DNA of 64,000 bases, from NCBI RefSeq assembly GCF_009914755.1, contig NC_060947.1. One strand, written 5' to 3'. Below the pieces are notes generated by a model. The model made no database searches. It saw only the letters and a list, made by a program, of their open reading frames with translations, and was not told the origin of the DNA. Each line of letters begins with the position of its first letter. Position 1 is the first letter of the stretch. This document shows, in pieces, positions 1 through 40,654 of the stretch. The DNA is from the human T2T-CHM13v2.0 reference genome, Homo sapiens. The position numbers were made by a program, and so were the translations under genes.

Positions 1-244
1 TACGTATTCAAGATCCTTTTTCAGGTCTTCTGGATATATACCCAGAAGTCGGATTGATGGATCATATTGAAGTAATTCTATTTTTAAATTTTGGAGAAAT
101 TCCCATACTGTTTTTAATAATGGGTGCACCATCCCCAGTAGTGTACAAGGATTCCAGTTTCTGGGGTTTTTTTTTTTCTTAATAGTGGCCATCCCAACAA
201 GCATGAGGTGATATTGTGGTTCTCATTTGTATTTCCCTGATGAT

Positions 245-400
245 TAGTATCTTAGTCAATTCAGGCTGCTATAACAAAGTACCATAGACTGGATGGCTTA
301 AAGAACAAATGTTTATTTCCCACAGTTCTGCAGACTGGGAAGTTCAAGGTAAAGGTGCTGGCAGATTCAGTGTCTGGTGACGGCCCTCTTCATGATGCAT
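245..400 (-). mobile_element. MLT1-type MaLR LTR fragment (duplicated at ~14075-14232)
   Basis: TATCTTAGTC..TTCAGGCTGCTATAACAAAGTACCATAGACTGG motif, typical of an MLT1 end. Confidence 0.7.
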
Positions 401-1294
401 GAGAAGCACCCGGCTCACAGAGGAGCTGCAAGCCTCTGTTCCACACAAAGAGCTAGAACCTGATAGAAACATGGGCAGGGAGGCTCACAGTCAAGAAGCA
501 GGGGTTTTAGGTTTGTTTCTGCTAGTGCTGTGAAAAACACCATTGTCGATTTCCTAGGGACTCACTGCATTGAACGTGTAACGGCTTTGTGTAGCACCTA
601 CGTGTTAACCGTCTTCCCGTCCATGAACACGGGATGTGTCTGCATTTATTGGTCTTCTGCGTGTTTCATCAGTGTTTGATTGGTTTCAGTGTGCACACCT
701 TTCACCTCCCTGAATAAACGTATTCCAAGGGTTTTATTCTTGTCCTGGTATTCTAAATATGTTGGTTTCCCGGGTGTCTTTTTCGCATAGTTTGTTGTTC
801 GGGCATAGAAAAGCGAGTGATTTTCACATGTTGCTTTTCACTCTGTAACTTTGCTGAGTTTGTTTATTGGTTTTGACCATTTTTTGGTGCAGTGTATATC
901 AGGGTTTTCTCTAGGTGAGATCATGTCATCTGCAAGCCGAGAAAATTGAGCTTCTTAGTTTCCAATTTGAATCCTTTTTATTTCTTTTCTTAAAATAGGT
1001 GATCAAATCGGCACGTGGCTGTGCCCACGAGGGTTGTTTGGCATGTGGGTGTGCTGGTTTGGCAGGCCAGAAATTTTTATTTCTAAGAGTTTATCCCACT
1101 CCACACCCTTCTAGGTTTTAGAATTGAAAAAATACCTCTTGTTTAAGGTAGATCCCAGCCCTGCTTTTACGCGTTGGATCCTTCGCGGATCCTTCACCAC
1201 TGCCTTCACTATGTGAATCAGCCCTTTCTCCCTCAAGGGAGAGCATCTCCGATTAATTTGATTCCCAAGTGGGGGCATACATGGGCACCAGCCC

Positions 1295-1348
1295 ATATGC
1301 GTGCGTGCATGCGTGCACGCACACGCACGCGCACACACGCACACACAC
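1295..1348. repeat. Alternating purine-pyrimidine (GC/GT/CA) tract
   Basis: ATATGCGTGCGTGCATGCGTGCACGCACACGCACGCGCACACACGCACACACACG. Confidence 0.9.
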
Positions 1349-1358
1349 GGGACACACA

Positions 1359-1903
1359 ACCACGTGTCGATTTGGTCATGTGTTGTAAGAAAAAGAAATA
1401 AAAGGCGCCAAACTAGACAGTAAGAAGCTCAATTATCTCTGCTTGCTGATGGCATGAAGTCACATAGAGAAAACCCTGATGTGCACTGCACCAAAAAACG
1501 ATCAAAACCAATAGACAAAGTCAGCAAAGTTGCGGAATGGAAAAGCAACATGCGAAAATCTCTCGCTTTTCTATGCCTGAACAACAAACTATCCCAAAAA
1601 GACACCCGGGAAACCAACATATTTAGAATATCAGGCCAAGAATAAAACCCTTGGAATACGTTTATTCAGGGAGGTGAAAGGTGTGCACACTGAAACCGAT
1701 CAAACACTGATGAAACAGGCAGAAGACCAAAAAATAGAGACACATCCTGTGTTCACGGACGGGAAGACAGTTAACACATAGGTGCTACCCAAAGCTGTTA
1801 CACATTCAATGCAGTGAGTCCCTAGGAAATCGACAATGGTGTTTTTCACAGCACTAGCAGAAACAAACCTAAAACCCCTGCTTCTTGACTGTGAGCCTCC
1901 CTG
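1359..1903 (+). repeat. Duplicated module derived from old L1 ORF2; inverted relative to 476-1018
   Basis: 1805-1903 is the reverse complement of ~476-574. It is also a direct repeat of ~13458-14001. Degenerate L1 RT-like sequence (GCTGATGGCATGA...AGAAAACCCT, TCAGCAAAGTTGC). Confidence 0.85.
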
Positions 1904-1953
1904 TGAGCCTTGACTGTGAGCTACCCAAAGCTGTTACAGGTAAAACGCAGTGA

Positions 1954-11483
<9,530 letters not shown>

Positions 11484-12829
11484 AGTCGTTCTCATATTCT
11501 GTGGTATGTGGTCTGCCCTGTGATTGTTGGGAGTGTTGGGGGGTGCAGGGTGTTGCTGTGTTCCCTGGCCCTTGAAGAGCAGTTACCCTAGTGCTGAGTG
11601 GTGAGCCCACTCCCTGGGGGTCGCCTGAGCCGGCCTCTGAGCAACAGCCCTGCACTCAGGCTCACCATAGTGCCCTGGGCCTAGGTGCTTTGGTGGCCCT
11701 GCCTGGCCACAGCAGCATTTCTTGCCTTTCCCCGGCACACCTTGCTCATGGTCCATCCTCTTTTCCTCCTACTTTGGGGTCTCACAGGTCCCCTTCAGCA
11801 CTATTCTCGCTCTCCTTCAGCAGGAACTGATGGCCTCCTTCCAGAACCCCGCTCTCTCTCACCTTTCCTCCTGCAATTCACTGTCATGGTTCTGCCCTGT
11901 CACTGTCCTTTCCATCACGAACATCCTTGCTTTCCCCCGTGGCTTGACGCCGGAGTCCTTACCTGCATGGTTGCTTCTGTGCTGTTGAGCATGACAGAGC
12001 TCATCCTACCCCTCGGGAGCTCAGTCCTCTTTCTGGAGCCATTATGTCCCTCTGGTGCCACCATGCACACGGTCAGGTCATCTGGGCCAGAAAGCCACAT
12101 GGCGTCCTCAGTTTCACTCTTACCCCCCACCTTTGAACCTCAGTTACCAAATCCTGTTAGGTGTCTCTCCTTTGTTTCAGTAGCCAGCTGGAGACAGAAG
12201 CCACATCCCGGTGGGTGGCTGAGCAAAAGGAAAGGCACAGGGAGCACAGACAAAAAGGGCGGGTTGGAGGTGGGGGCACTGAGTCTGTTCTGGTGCCTGC
12301 AGGCCAACCTGGTGGAAACTGCCCACCTGAAGCTACACAGAAGGCGGCTTCCACATCCTTGGTATCCTGTAGACGGCCAACAGCCCCTTCTGCAGCCGGT
12401 GGTCTCTACACCCTTGATTTGAAAATGGCCAGCTGCTTTCCAGGGCAAGTGTGGATGCTAGGGCTGGCTGTTCTTGGATGGTACCTGTCAAATACTGTTC
12501 CACCATTCCCAAAGCCGCAGGTTTTTGTAGATGTAATATTTCTGTGTGCCTGCTCAGTCTTTCAGATCGCCTCTCGCAGTCACATGAGATTTCCTCAAGC
12601 TCCCTGTTCAGCCTTCACCCTCCCTGACGGTTGGGATCACCTCCTTCCTTCAGCTGGAACCCCGGGCTGGATGAGCATGAGATTCGGACATAGATTCTGG
12701 TTCCAGTGAGGAGGTGTGTGTAGTTTTTGCCAGCTCCCATCTCCAAGAGACTGGGTGTTGAACAAACAAAGACAGGAGAAATGCAGATGACATTCAAGAT
12801 TAGCGTGTGTGCAGAGACGTATGTGGTGG

Positions 12830-14487
<1,658 letters not shown>

Positions 14488-15519
14488 TTTGCACACCCAT
14501 ATTCATGGCAGTATTATTCACAATAGCCAGGAGGTAGAAACGACCTTACTCTCCATGAATGGATGCATGGATTTTTACAAGGTGGCATATACATCCAATG
14601 AAATATTATTTGGCCTTTAAAAAAGGAAAAGCCTGTTATATGATACAACATGAGTGAACCTTCAGGGCATTATGCTAAGTGAAATAATGCTAGTGAAATA
14701 AGCTAGTCACCAAAGGACAAATACTGTATGAGTCCATTTATATGAGGTACCTAGAGTAATCAAATTTATATTGACAGAAAACAGAATGCTGTGTTCCAGC
14801 ATCTGAGTGGGGGAAGAGGAAATGGGGGGTTATTTCATGGGTACATAGTTTCCGTTTGGGAAGATGAAACACCTTGTAGAGATAGATAGTGGTGATGGTT
14901 GCACAGCAATGGGGATGTAGTTAATACTATTAAAATGTATGCTTAACAATAGTGAAAATTGTAAACTTCTTTGTAACAAGAAAACAGATTTATTGATTTT
15001 AAGAGAAAAGACACTATTTTGTTTTGAAAAATACAAGAAAGCTAGCCCAAGTACACATCTGAAATACGCAGAAAAAATCCTACTCATATCTTCAGTATGT
15101 TCCAATCATTTGTTTAAACAACACACTAAAAGTTAATAAATATTTTTATAATTCTAAAAGTCTCACAAGTATTGTACAATGCAAATCACCCACAAACTAT
15201 TATTTAGCTCATGCCAATTATACAAGGATATGATTTACAAAAGATTTAGTGTTTCTCACAAAAATCACATCAGGAAATACATATTTACAAAATTAAATTT
15301 ATTATTCAAAAAACCATAACATTATTCAGTAAAAATGTGTTTAAATAATTAAAAAGTTTATTCAACTGTAGTCCAAAATTGGGAAAAAAATTGCATTATC
15401 ACACACATACTATCTCTACAAAAGTTGCTTACCACACTTATATAATATATCCAGTCAATTGTAAAATATGTTCAACTATCTCCTAGTGTTACAATGTTTA
15501 TGTGCTTGCTCTGAGCCAA

Positions 15520-16320
15520 TCTGATGCCTTGGGTGGTCCTGGACCTGCATCTCAGAGGCCCAGACTGGAATTGAGGCCAAAGGAGCTAGCCTGGCACTGG
15601 GCAAGCCTGGAACATTTAATCCTTGGGGGCTGGCATGGAAGCTGGCAGTGCAGTTGCTGGCCTGGTCCTTGAGGTCACAGGGGTCAGCCTGGAGCTGGAG
15701 TAGGTACAGAGGCTAGGTCTATGTATGCCAGCCTAAAGTCTGAAACTACAGAAGCCAGCCTATCATTGAAGCAGACTGGGTCCAGGGTAGGTACACATTG
15801 TCCTGACATGGGAGGATCTGGAAGCTGGGTCTACAAGTCCAGGCCTGAAGTCTGGGGTGGTGGGGAGTGGTCTGGAGGTAACGTCTGCGTGTGCCAGCCT
15901 GGAGTCTGGGGTTCTGGAGGCTGACCTGGAGTCTGAGGCTGCAGGGCCACCATGGTGACTCGGCAGGCCTGGCGGCCATGGGTGCCAGCCCAGAGCCTGG
16001 GGCTGTGAGGCTAGCCTGGCCCCAAGGCGGGCCTGGTGGCTTGGTTCATGGTGCACCCAGAGTCTAGGGTTGAGGGGAGCAGCCTGGCCATGGGGCCAGT
16101 CTGGAGCCTGGGACAATCAGGGCCTGCCTGGTGATGAGGTGGGCCTGGAGCCTGAGTCTGTGCAGGCTGGACTGGCACTGTGTTGGAGCTGAAGACAGTG
16201 TGCACGGGTGACCTGGAGCCTGGGATTGGCACTGGGTTGGAGCTGAAGACAGTATGCAGGGGTGACCTGGTGCCTGGGACTGCAAGGGCAAGCCTGGAGC
16301 CTGAGTCTGTGGGGGCCAAC
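15520..16320 (-). mobile_element. GC-rich degenerate tandem array, probably an old L1M 5' region
   Basis: Many GGCCAGCCTGGAGCCTG-like units. Clear ~54 bp tandem pair at 16174-16281. Abuts L1 ORF2 sequence in the opposite orientation. Confidence 0.5.
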
Positions 16321-16324
16321 CTAT

Positions 16325-23883
<7,559 letters not shown>

Positions 23884-24124
23884 AAAAGAACTGAAAACAG
23901 GTGCTCAAAGAAATACTTGTACATGCACGTTCATAGCAGTATTATTTCAAAAGTCAAAAGGTGGGAATAACCCAAATATCCATCAACTGATGAATGGATT
24001 AACAAACTATTGTCTATGCACACAGTGAAATATTATTCAGCCTTTAAAAGGAATGAAGTACTGATACATGCTATAACGTGGATAGGCCTCAAAAACATCA
24101 TGCTAAGAAAAAAAAAAAGCAAAG

Positions 24125-24420
24125 ATCAGGCGCAGTGGCTCATGCCTAACACTTTTGGAGGCCAAGATGGGTGGATCACTTGAGGCCAGGAGTTCGAGAC
24201 CAGCTGGGCAACATGGCAAATGCCATCTCTACAAAAAAATTAGTCAGACGTGGTGGTGTGTGCTTGTAGTTCCAGCTACTCGGGAGGCCAAAGTGGGAGG
24301 ATCCCATAAGCCCAGGAGTTCTAACAAGGCTGAAGTGAGCCATGTTCGCACCATTGCACTCCAGCCTGAGTGACAGAGTGATACTCTGTCTCAACAAAAA
24401 AAAAAAAAAAAAAAAAAAAG
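24125..24420 (+). mobile_element. Alu (J-like) within an old L1 3'UTR
   Basis: Dimeric Alu with a long A-tail. Confidence 0.9.
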
Positions 24421-24704
24421 AGAGCGAGATAGACATGAAGGTTACATATTGTATGATTTGATTCATATGAAATATCCAGAATAGGTAAATTCATAAAGAC
24501 AGAAACTAAATTAGTGGGTGCCAGAGCCCAGGAGGAAGAGGATAGGAAGTAGTTTCCTAATGGGTATGCAATCTCTTTGAAAGTGATGAAAATGTTCCAA
24601 ACTAGATAGAAGCAGTACTTGCACAACATTATGAAAATACTAAATGCTGCTGGGCTGTTCATTTTGAAAGGCTAATATTATGAAAATTGCTCCTCAAAAA
24701 ATAA

Positions 24705-25012
<308 letters not shown>

Positions 25013-25159
25013 CATAAATTTAAAAATTTATTGGCAATAGATCTAGGGTCTATTTCTGGAATCTCTATATATCCCCCTGACTTATATCTACTGCATTGCC
25101 AATAATACACTTGTCTTAATTAGTGTAGTATTCTGGTGAGTCTTAAAAGTGGGTTTTGG

Positions 25160-25360
25160 CATGGACACAGGGAGGGGAACATCACACACCAGGGCCTGTT
25201 GGGGGCTGGGGGGCTGGGGGAGGGATAGCATTAGGAGAAATACGTAATGTAAATGACGAGTTGATGGGTGCAGCAAACTAACATGGTTCATGTATACCTA
25301 TGTAACAAACCTGCACCTTGTGCCTAGGTACCCCATAACTTAAAGTATAATAATAATAAT
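25160..25360 (+). mobile_element. Severely 5'-truncated L1PA (3'UTR only)
   Basis: L1PA 3'UTR with a (TAA)n tail. TSD AAAGTGGGTTTTGG at 25146-25159 and 25361-25374. Confidence 0.92.
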
Positions 25361-25369
25361 AAAGTGGGT

Positions 25370-25682
25370 TTTGGGAGGCCAAACCAGGAGGACCACTTGA
25401 GCTCAGGAATTGAAGACCAGCCTGGACAACATAGTGAGACCTGTGAAACATAATGAGATCTCATCTCTACAAGAAAATAAAAAACTTAGGTGTCATGCTG
25501 CACACCTTTAGTCCTAGCTACTCAGGAGGCTGAGGCGGGAAGATCACTTAAGCCTGGTAGTTAAAGGCTGCAGTGAGCCAAAATTTTGTCACTGCACTCC
25601 AGCCTGGACAACAGAATGAGACTCTGTCTTAAAAAAAAAAAAAAGAAAAGAAAAAGAAAGAAAGAAAGAAAAGAAAAGAAAA
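25370..25682 (+). mobile_element. 5'-truncated Alu (J-like)
   Basis: Starts at TTTGGGAGGCC and ends in an A/AAAG tail. Confidence 0.9.
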
Positions 25683-25720
25683 AAAGTAGGTAAAGTGATT
25701 CCTCCAACTTTATTCTTTTT

Positions 25721-31852
<6,132 letters not shown>

Positions 31853-31862
31853 TATTCTTTTT

Positions 31863-33684
<1,822 letters not shown>

Positions 33685-33720
33685 TACCATTTTTCCCTAT
33701 ACTGGGACATTGCTAGTATG

Positions 33721-34166
33721 TGTCTTAGTCTGTTTTGTGTTGCTGTAACAGAATACCTGAGACTGGGTAATTTAAAAATAAAAGAGGTTTACTTAGCTCA
33801 TGATTCAGCAAGCTGGGAAGTAGAGGAAGCATGGCAAAAGTAACTGCTCAGCTTCTGGTGACAGCCACCTCCTAGGCCAAAACATAGTGGAAAAGGCCAA
33901 AGGAGAAGCAGACACGTTCAAAGAGGGAAAATCCGAGGGGCATGCTGGCTTTATAACAAACCTACCATTATGGGCACTAATCCAGTCTCACTGGAGCCAG
34001 TACTCACCCACTACCTCCAGAACGGCAGCAAGCTGTTCATGAGGGATCTGTCTCCATGACCCAAACACCTCCCACAAGGCTCCACTTCCCAACACCACCA
34101 CATTGGGGATCCAATTTCCACATGAGTTTTGGCGGGGACAGACCAATCATATCTAAACCATAGCAG
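33721..34166 (-). mobile_element. MST-type MaLR solo LTR
   Basis: TGTCTTAGTCTGTTTTGTGTTGCTGTAACAGAATACCTGAGACTGGG ... CTAAACCATAGCA. Confidence 0.85.
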
Positions 34167-34224
34167 TATATTTCTATCCCAATAAGATGAAATTTTTATA
34201 ATGTGCATTTTTCTGTGCACTTAA

Positions 34225-34550
34225 TGTAAAATAAAGAATTTGTCTGGACCTTGTCCCTGAGTCCTGGGAGATAACCTCTAATCCCTTGCAATTTCCTAAG
34301 AGATAAGTGTGTCTTTGTCATTCCTGGTGGGCCCCATGGACCATGCTTCATGGTTTATGCTAATGAGGTGAATCATGGTAGGCCCCTAGATAGTGTTTAT
34401 GTAACGAGATGACTCAGAATGGAGGCTGGCCATACTAGAAAGACCAACCCTATGACTAGAGGGTTGGGTCATTGAACTATGTGATATCAGCCTAATCATC
34501 AGAGAGAGAGAGAGCAAGATTGTAGACTGAGTTCAATCAGATGGCCAACT
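34225..34550. mobile_element. LTR fragment (MER21-like)
   Basis: CCTGGGAGATAACCTCTAATCCCTTGCAATTTCC and TTTATGCTAATGAGGTGA motifs. A related piece lies at ~36900-37100. Confidence 0.55.
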
Positions 34551-34814
34551 AAGTGATGGCCAACACAGAGGGTTTATCTGAATTATCTAGTCTGCCATTA
34601 CCAGAAGGAGAAGACATTGGGTTTATTCCAATCTCAGTGATCACTCCTCAATCATCCTTACTGGTTCCTCATCTTCTCTCAAAATTCTCTTTTTGGGGAT
34701 AGGGGCTGTTGAAAATGTTCTCTATTTTGATCGCATGGTGGTTACTGGGTGTAGAACTGTGTTAAAATTGTACACTTAGGTTTCTGTGATTTGCCATATG
34801 TATGTTATACCTCA

Positions 34815-35126
34815 TTTTTTTATTTTTCATTTTTAAATTTTTTTTGAGACAGAGTTTTGCTTCTGTTACCAGGCTGGAGTGCAATGGCATGATCTTGGCT
34901 CGATGCAACCTCTGCCTCCTGAGTTGAAGCTATTCTCCTGCCTCAGCCTCCTGAGTAACTGAGATTGCAGGCACCCGCCACCATGCCTGGCTAATTTTTG
35001 TATTTTAGTAAAGACAGGATTTAACCATGTTGGTCAGGCTGGTCTCAAACTCCTGACTTCAGGTGATCCACCCACCTCGGCCACCCATAGTGCTAGGATT
35101 ACAGGTGTGAGCCCCCTTTCCTGGCC
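34815..35126 (-). mobile_element. AluS
   Basis: Reverse dimeric Alu. Confidence 0.9.
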
Positions 35127-35867
35127 TGTTCTACCTCAATTTTAAAAGTTATCATACAGAAGTGGAAATACATGGTACAAGCTGGAAGAAGATATTTATC
35201 CTATATGCAATTGACAAAAGGCTGGTATCAAGAATATATTTTGACAATTCCTAGAAATCAATAAGGAAAGACAAACAACCCAGTAAGAAAATAGGCAAAA
35301 ATCATCAACAGGAATTCCATAGAAGAAGGAACCTATGTGGCCAATAAACACATGAAGATATGCTCAGCTCATCAGTAGTCAAGGAAATGCTAAACATGAC
35401 CTCAAGATAAATCTTGTACCCATTTGATTGGCAAAGAATAAGAAGCTTAGCAACATCAAAGGTTAGAGAGGATGCGGAGCATTGGGATCTCATACAGCTT
35501 GCAACATGTTGGGAATATAAATGAACACAACCAGTTTGGACAACAATGTGGCATCAATATATAAGGCTGAACATTCACAACTCAGCAATTCCTCTCAAAG
35601 TCCACTGGACAAGAATTTCACAGCAGCACTGGCCACAGTAGCAAAAACCTAGTAACAATGCAAATGCTCACGAACAAGAGAATGCATAGAACAACTGTGG
35701 CAAATCCACACCATGATATACTATGTAGCAAGGCAAATGGGTGAACTGCAGTTTTATGCCCAACAATGGTTAAATGTTAGTTTGAGAAAAGCAATTCCCA
35801 CAGGGCTACATGCAGTGTGACACCCTTTTTATAAAATTCAAAATCAAGCAAAACTGAAGAGGATAAT

Positions 35868-36157
<290 letters not shown>

Positions 36158-37338
36158 AGTATATTGTTTTATATATATACTTATTTGCAACAAAAATCAA
36201 AGGAATGCCAAGTACACAATTCAGGTTAGGGTTGCTTCTGGTGGGAGTGAAGGGAGTCAAGAGGACGCAGTGAGGGGGAGCTTAGGGGTGGATGTAAGTA
36301 AGTTACTAGTAATAGTCTAGTTCTTGGATTGGGTAATAGGCAAAAGGGGGCACCTAGCATTGTAAAATAAATAAACAAATAGGGCCTCACATCAATCACA
36401 AGTAGCATGTTATGAAATAAGAAGTATTATTAACTCAATTCTGTATTACCTAAGTCTCCAAAAATCAAATGCTGCATTAGACTACTTAAACCCGGGCCTG
36501 AAATATTTGTTCTTCTCTCCTTCCAGGCTACACACAAGCTCCACCTTTCATCAGGCCAGAAAGCATTCGAGTTTGACATCCCTCTCTTTGTATATATTTG
36601 AGCAGGAGGCACTAGAGCAGGTCTGCATGTCTTGCATCTGACACTGTTTAACCCAGATGCTAGTTGGGACAGAAAGAATCCCCCAGAACCTTGGAATAAA
36701 CTGGGACCCAATGATCAATGCAAGTTCTACTCAGTGAATGTAGATTACAGCAAACTGAAGAAAAAATGTTGAGACTTCTGAATGAAATGTTTCCCTACAA
36801 AACAGCTTAGAGTGAAGGTCTTCCAGAGGCCCTTTGCACAATTTTCCCGTTAACTAGGAAATATTTCTCCTCTAAGTGCACAAAATCATGTTACTGTATT
36901 GTGTCGGGTTTTAACACTGATGAGTAAATATGTTTACCCATTTATTATGAAGAACATGACAAAGGATACAGATGAACAGCCAGAGTAAAGAGATGCATAG
37001 GGCACAGTATGTGGGAAGGGGCATGGGGCTTCCATGCCCTCTCTAGGTGCAGCACCCTCCAGGAACTTCCATGTGTTCAGCTATGCGGAAGTTCTCTTCT
37101 CCCCAAATTCTTACAAATAGAGAGACCCAGGGCTCAATCCTTGGTCTGATTCTTTTCTTTAACTACACTCTTGCCATAGCTGATGGAAGATCCTGGTTTT
37201 AATATTACCTGTATGAGGAACAAGACAAAGATGCCCCCTTTCACCGCTTCTATGCCACATAATACTGAAAATTTTAGCCAAAAAACTTAGGCAAGAGAAA
37301 AAATATGAAAATCACACAAATAAAAAATAACAAGTTTA

Positions 37339-37637
37339 CTGGGTGCGGTGGCTCATGCCTGTAATCCTAAGACTTTGGGAGTCTGAGGCAGGTGGATCAC
37401 AAGAGACCAAGAGTTCGAGACCAGCCTGGGCAACATGGCGAAACCCTATCTCTACCAAAAATACAAAAGTTAGTCGGGCGTGCTGGCGTGTGCCTGTAGT
37501 CCCAGTGACCTGGGGGGCTGGAGCATGAGAATCACTTGAATCCAGGAAATTGAGCCTGCAGTGAGTCGAGATCACACCACTGCACTCCAGCCTGGGTGAG
37601 AAAGTGAGACCCTATCTCAAAAAAGAAAAGAAAAAAA
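37339..37637 (+). mobile_element. Alu (J-like)
   Basis: Dimeric Alu. Confidence 0.9.
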
Positions 37638-38277
37638 TAAGAAATTAAATTACCTCTGTCTGCAGATGACATGATTTTGTATACATAAAATCTTAAAATA
37701 TTTTACAAAAAAATTAAAATTCAAATGAATTTTAAGGAAAGTTGCAAAACATAAAATTAACATACACAAATCAGTAGCCATCTGAAAAAGAAATCAAGAA
37801 AACAATCCCACTTACAATAGCTCTCAAAAATAACATAAACTGCTTAGGAGTAAATTCAACCAAGGAGGTGAAAGATCTGTACACTGAAAACTGTAAAACA
37901 CTGATGAAAGAAATCAAGGAAGCCATAAATAAATGGAAAGCTATCCCATGATCATGGATTGGAAGAATCAATATTGTTTAAATGTCCATACTACTCAAAG
38001 CAATCAACAGACTCAATGCAATCCCTATCAAAATTCCAATGCTATTTTTACATGCATAGAGAAAGCAATCCTAAAATTCACACCAAACCACAGAAGACTC
38101 CAGTTACCCAAAGCAATCTTGAGCAAAAAGAGCAAAGCTGGAGGAATCACAACCTGATCTCAAAATATAATAAAAGCTAGAGTAATCAAAACAGCACGGT
38201 ACTGGTATAAAAACAGACACATAGACAAATATAATAGATTAGAAAAAAATTCATGCATTTATTGTCACGTGATTTTC

Positions 38278-38864
38278 TTTTTTTAACGTTTATCATACAT
38301 ATTTACTTAATCTATACAGAATCAAGTGGATAAAACCAGATTCACATTAGTGAAAAATCTCTACAAAATGTCTTTGAAAAGCAAAACAAGACTGCCTCTT
38401 AACAATTCGTATCCTTATGAAAGACGTGGGCAGTAAATATAAAGCAGTGTGTTTAGCACAAACTGGAAGATATCTGCATCATTTTTTTTCACAGTTATTT
38501 CCATCTACAGTCTGAAAGAGGTAGATTTTTCTGCAACACCTGAGAATTGAATTGTGATAACCAGGTATAATAAAGGTAGTTGCATACATAACTGAAAAAT
38601 ACTGGTCTCAAGACCAAGAAATGTACTCCTAACAAGTCTGAGGATGAAAAGGTCCATATTACCCAAGACCCAAGTTTTCTCTACACCTTGGAGTCTACTG
38701 CCACTATAAATAATGCACATCACGATTCCATGATGGTGCAACAAATGTAATTTAAGTGAATTCAACATTTAAACATTTTCTGGGCCAGCCTAGTAGCATT
38801 ACAATGTTCTAGAATATGGTAGATATGGGGTGTGCTACAAAGCCACAACACTGGGCTGTTGAGG
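38278..38864 (-). pseudogene. Retroposed, 5'-truncated non-transposon insert (probably an mRNA 3'UTR retrocopy)
   Basis: Perfect 18 bp TSD TATTGTCACGTGATTTTC at 38260-38277 and 38865-38882. Short poly-T at 38278-38284. AGTAAA on the minus strand ~20 nt upstream of the tail. Sequence is not Alu- or L1-like. Confidence 0.75.
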
Positions 38865-39909
38865 TATTGTCACGTGATTTTCAACAAAGATGCCAAGAAC
38901 ATATGTGGTGAAAGGACTGTATCTTCAATAAATGGTGTTGGGAAAACTGAATATCCACATGCAGAATAATGAAACGGGACCCTTGTCTCATATTATATAC
39001 AAAAATCAAGGTAAATTGGACTCCGAATTTAAACGTTAGAGCTGAAACTGTAAAACTACCAGAAGAAAACATAGGGGGAAACATCCATGGCATTGATCTG
39101 GGCAATAATTTTTCCGCTATGACCACAAAAGCATGAGCAACCAAAGAAAGAATAGAGAAATGGGATTACGTCAAACTGAAAGGCTTCTGTACAAAGGAAA
39201 CGATCAACAGAGTGAAGAGGCAACCTATAGAATAGGAGAAAATATTCACAAACTATACATCTGATGAGGAGTTAATATCCAAAATATATAAAGAACTCAA
39301 CTCAATATCAAGAAAACAAATCACCTGATTTTAAAATGTGCAAAGGATCTGAATAGACATTTCTTCAAAGAAGACATACAAATGGCCAACAGTTGTATGA
39401 AAAGGCTCAGCATCACTTATCATCAGGGAAATATCACAATGAGCTATCACTTCACACCTGTTAAAATGGCTATTATCAGAAAGATAAGAGAACAAGCGTT
39501 GGTGAGGACGTGAAGAAAAGAGAACCTTTATACACTGTAGGTGGTAATGTAAACTAGTACAACCACTGTGGAAAACAGTATGGAGACTTTTCAAAACACT
39601 ACAAATAGAACTATCCAGCAATCCCACTACTGGGTATTTATCCAAAAGAAAGGAAATCGGTATATCAAAGGGATACCTACACCCCCATGTTTATTGCAGC
39701 ACTCATCACAATATCCAAGACATGCAATCAACCTAAGTGTCCATCTGTGGACGAATGGATAAAGAAAATGTGGCATATGTACACAGGAAATATGATTTGG
39801 CCACAAAAAGAATGAAATCCTTTCATTTGCAGCAACGTGGATGGAAGCAGTGGTCATTAAGTTAGGTGAAATAAGCCAGGCACAGAAAGACAAATACCGT
39901 ACGTTCTCA

Positions 39910-40393
<484 letters not shown>

Positions 40394-40654
40394 AGAAGGA
40401 ATAATTTCTAATGTTCAGCCACAGAATAGGGTGATTAGAGTTAACAGCAATGTATTGTAAATTTCAAAATAGCCAGAAGAGAGGACTTCAAATGTTCCCA
40501 ATACATACAAATGAAAAATATTCCAGGTGATGGCTAACCCAAATATCTTGAATTGATCATTACACATTCTATGCACGCAACAAAATATCACATGTACACC
40601 ATAAATATGTGCAAATATCACGAATCCATTAAAAATTAAAATTAAAAAATTATA

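Larger units (their letters stand above)
1..1350. repeat. Segmental duplication arm, inverted copy of ~13160-14487 (old L1 and MLT1 pieces plus flanking module)
   Basis: The window start TACGTATTCAAGATCCTTT is the reverse complement of ~14469-14487. Colinear inverted similarity continues to the CA/GC tract at ~1350, which pairs with ~13160. Confidence 0.9.

Noticed and set aside
11685-12709. 245 aa and 182 aa ORFs in the 3' flank of copy A
   Set aside because: They have non-ATG starts and no recognisable domain, and they are not preserved as equivalent ORFs in the paralogous flank (56100-57130).
15520-16320. CRISPR-like array or coding repeat
   Set aside because: The units are degenerate with no constant repeat and unique spacer pattern, and the context is eukaryotic. 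An old L1 5' tandem region fits best.
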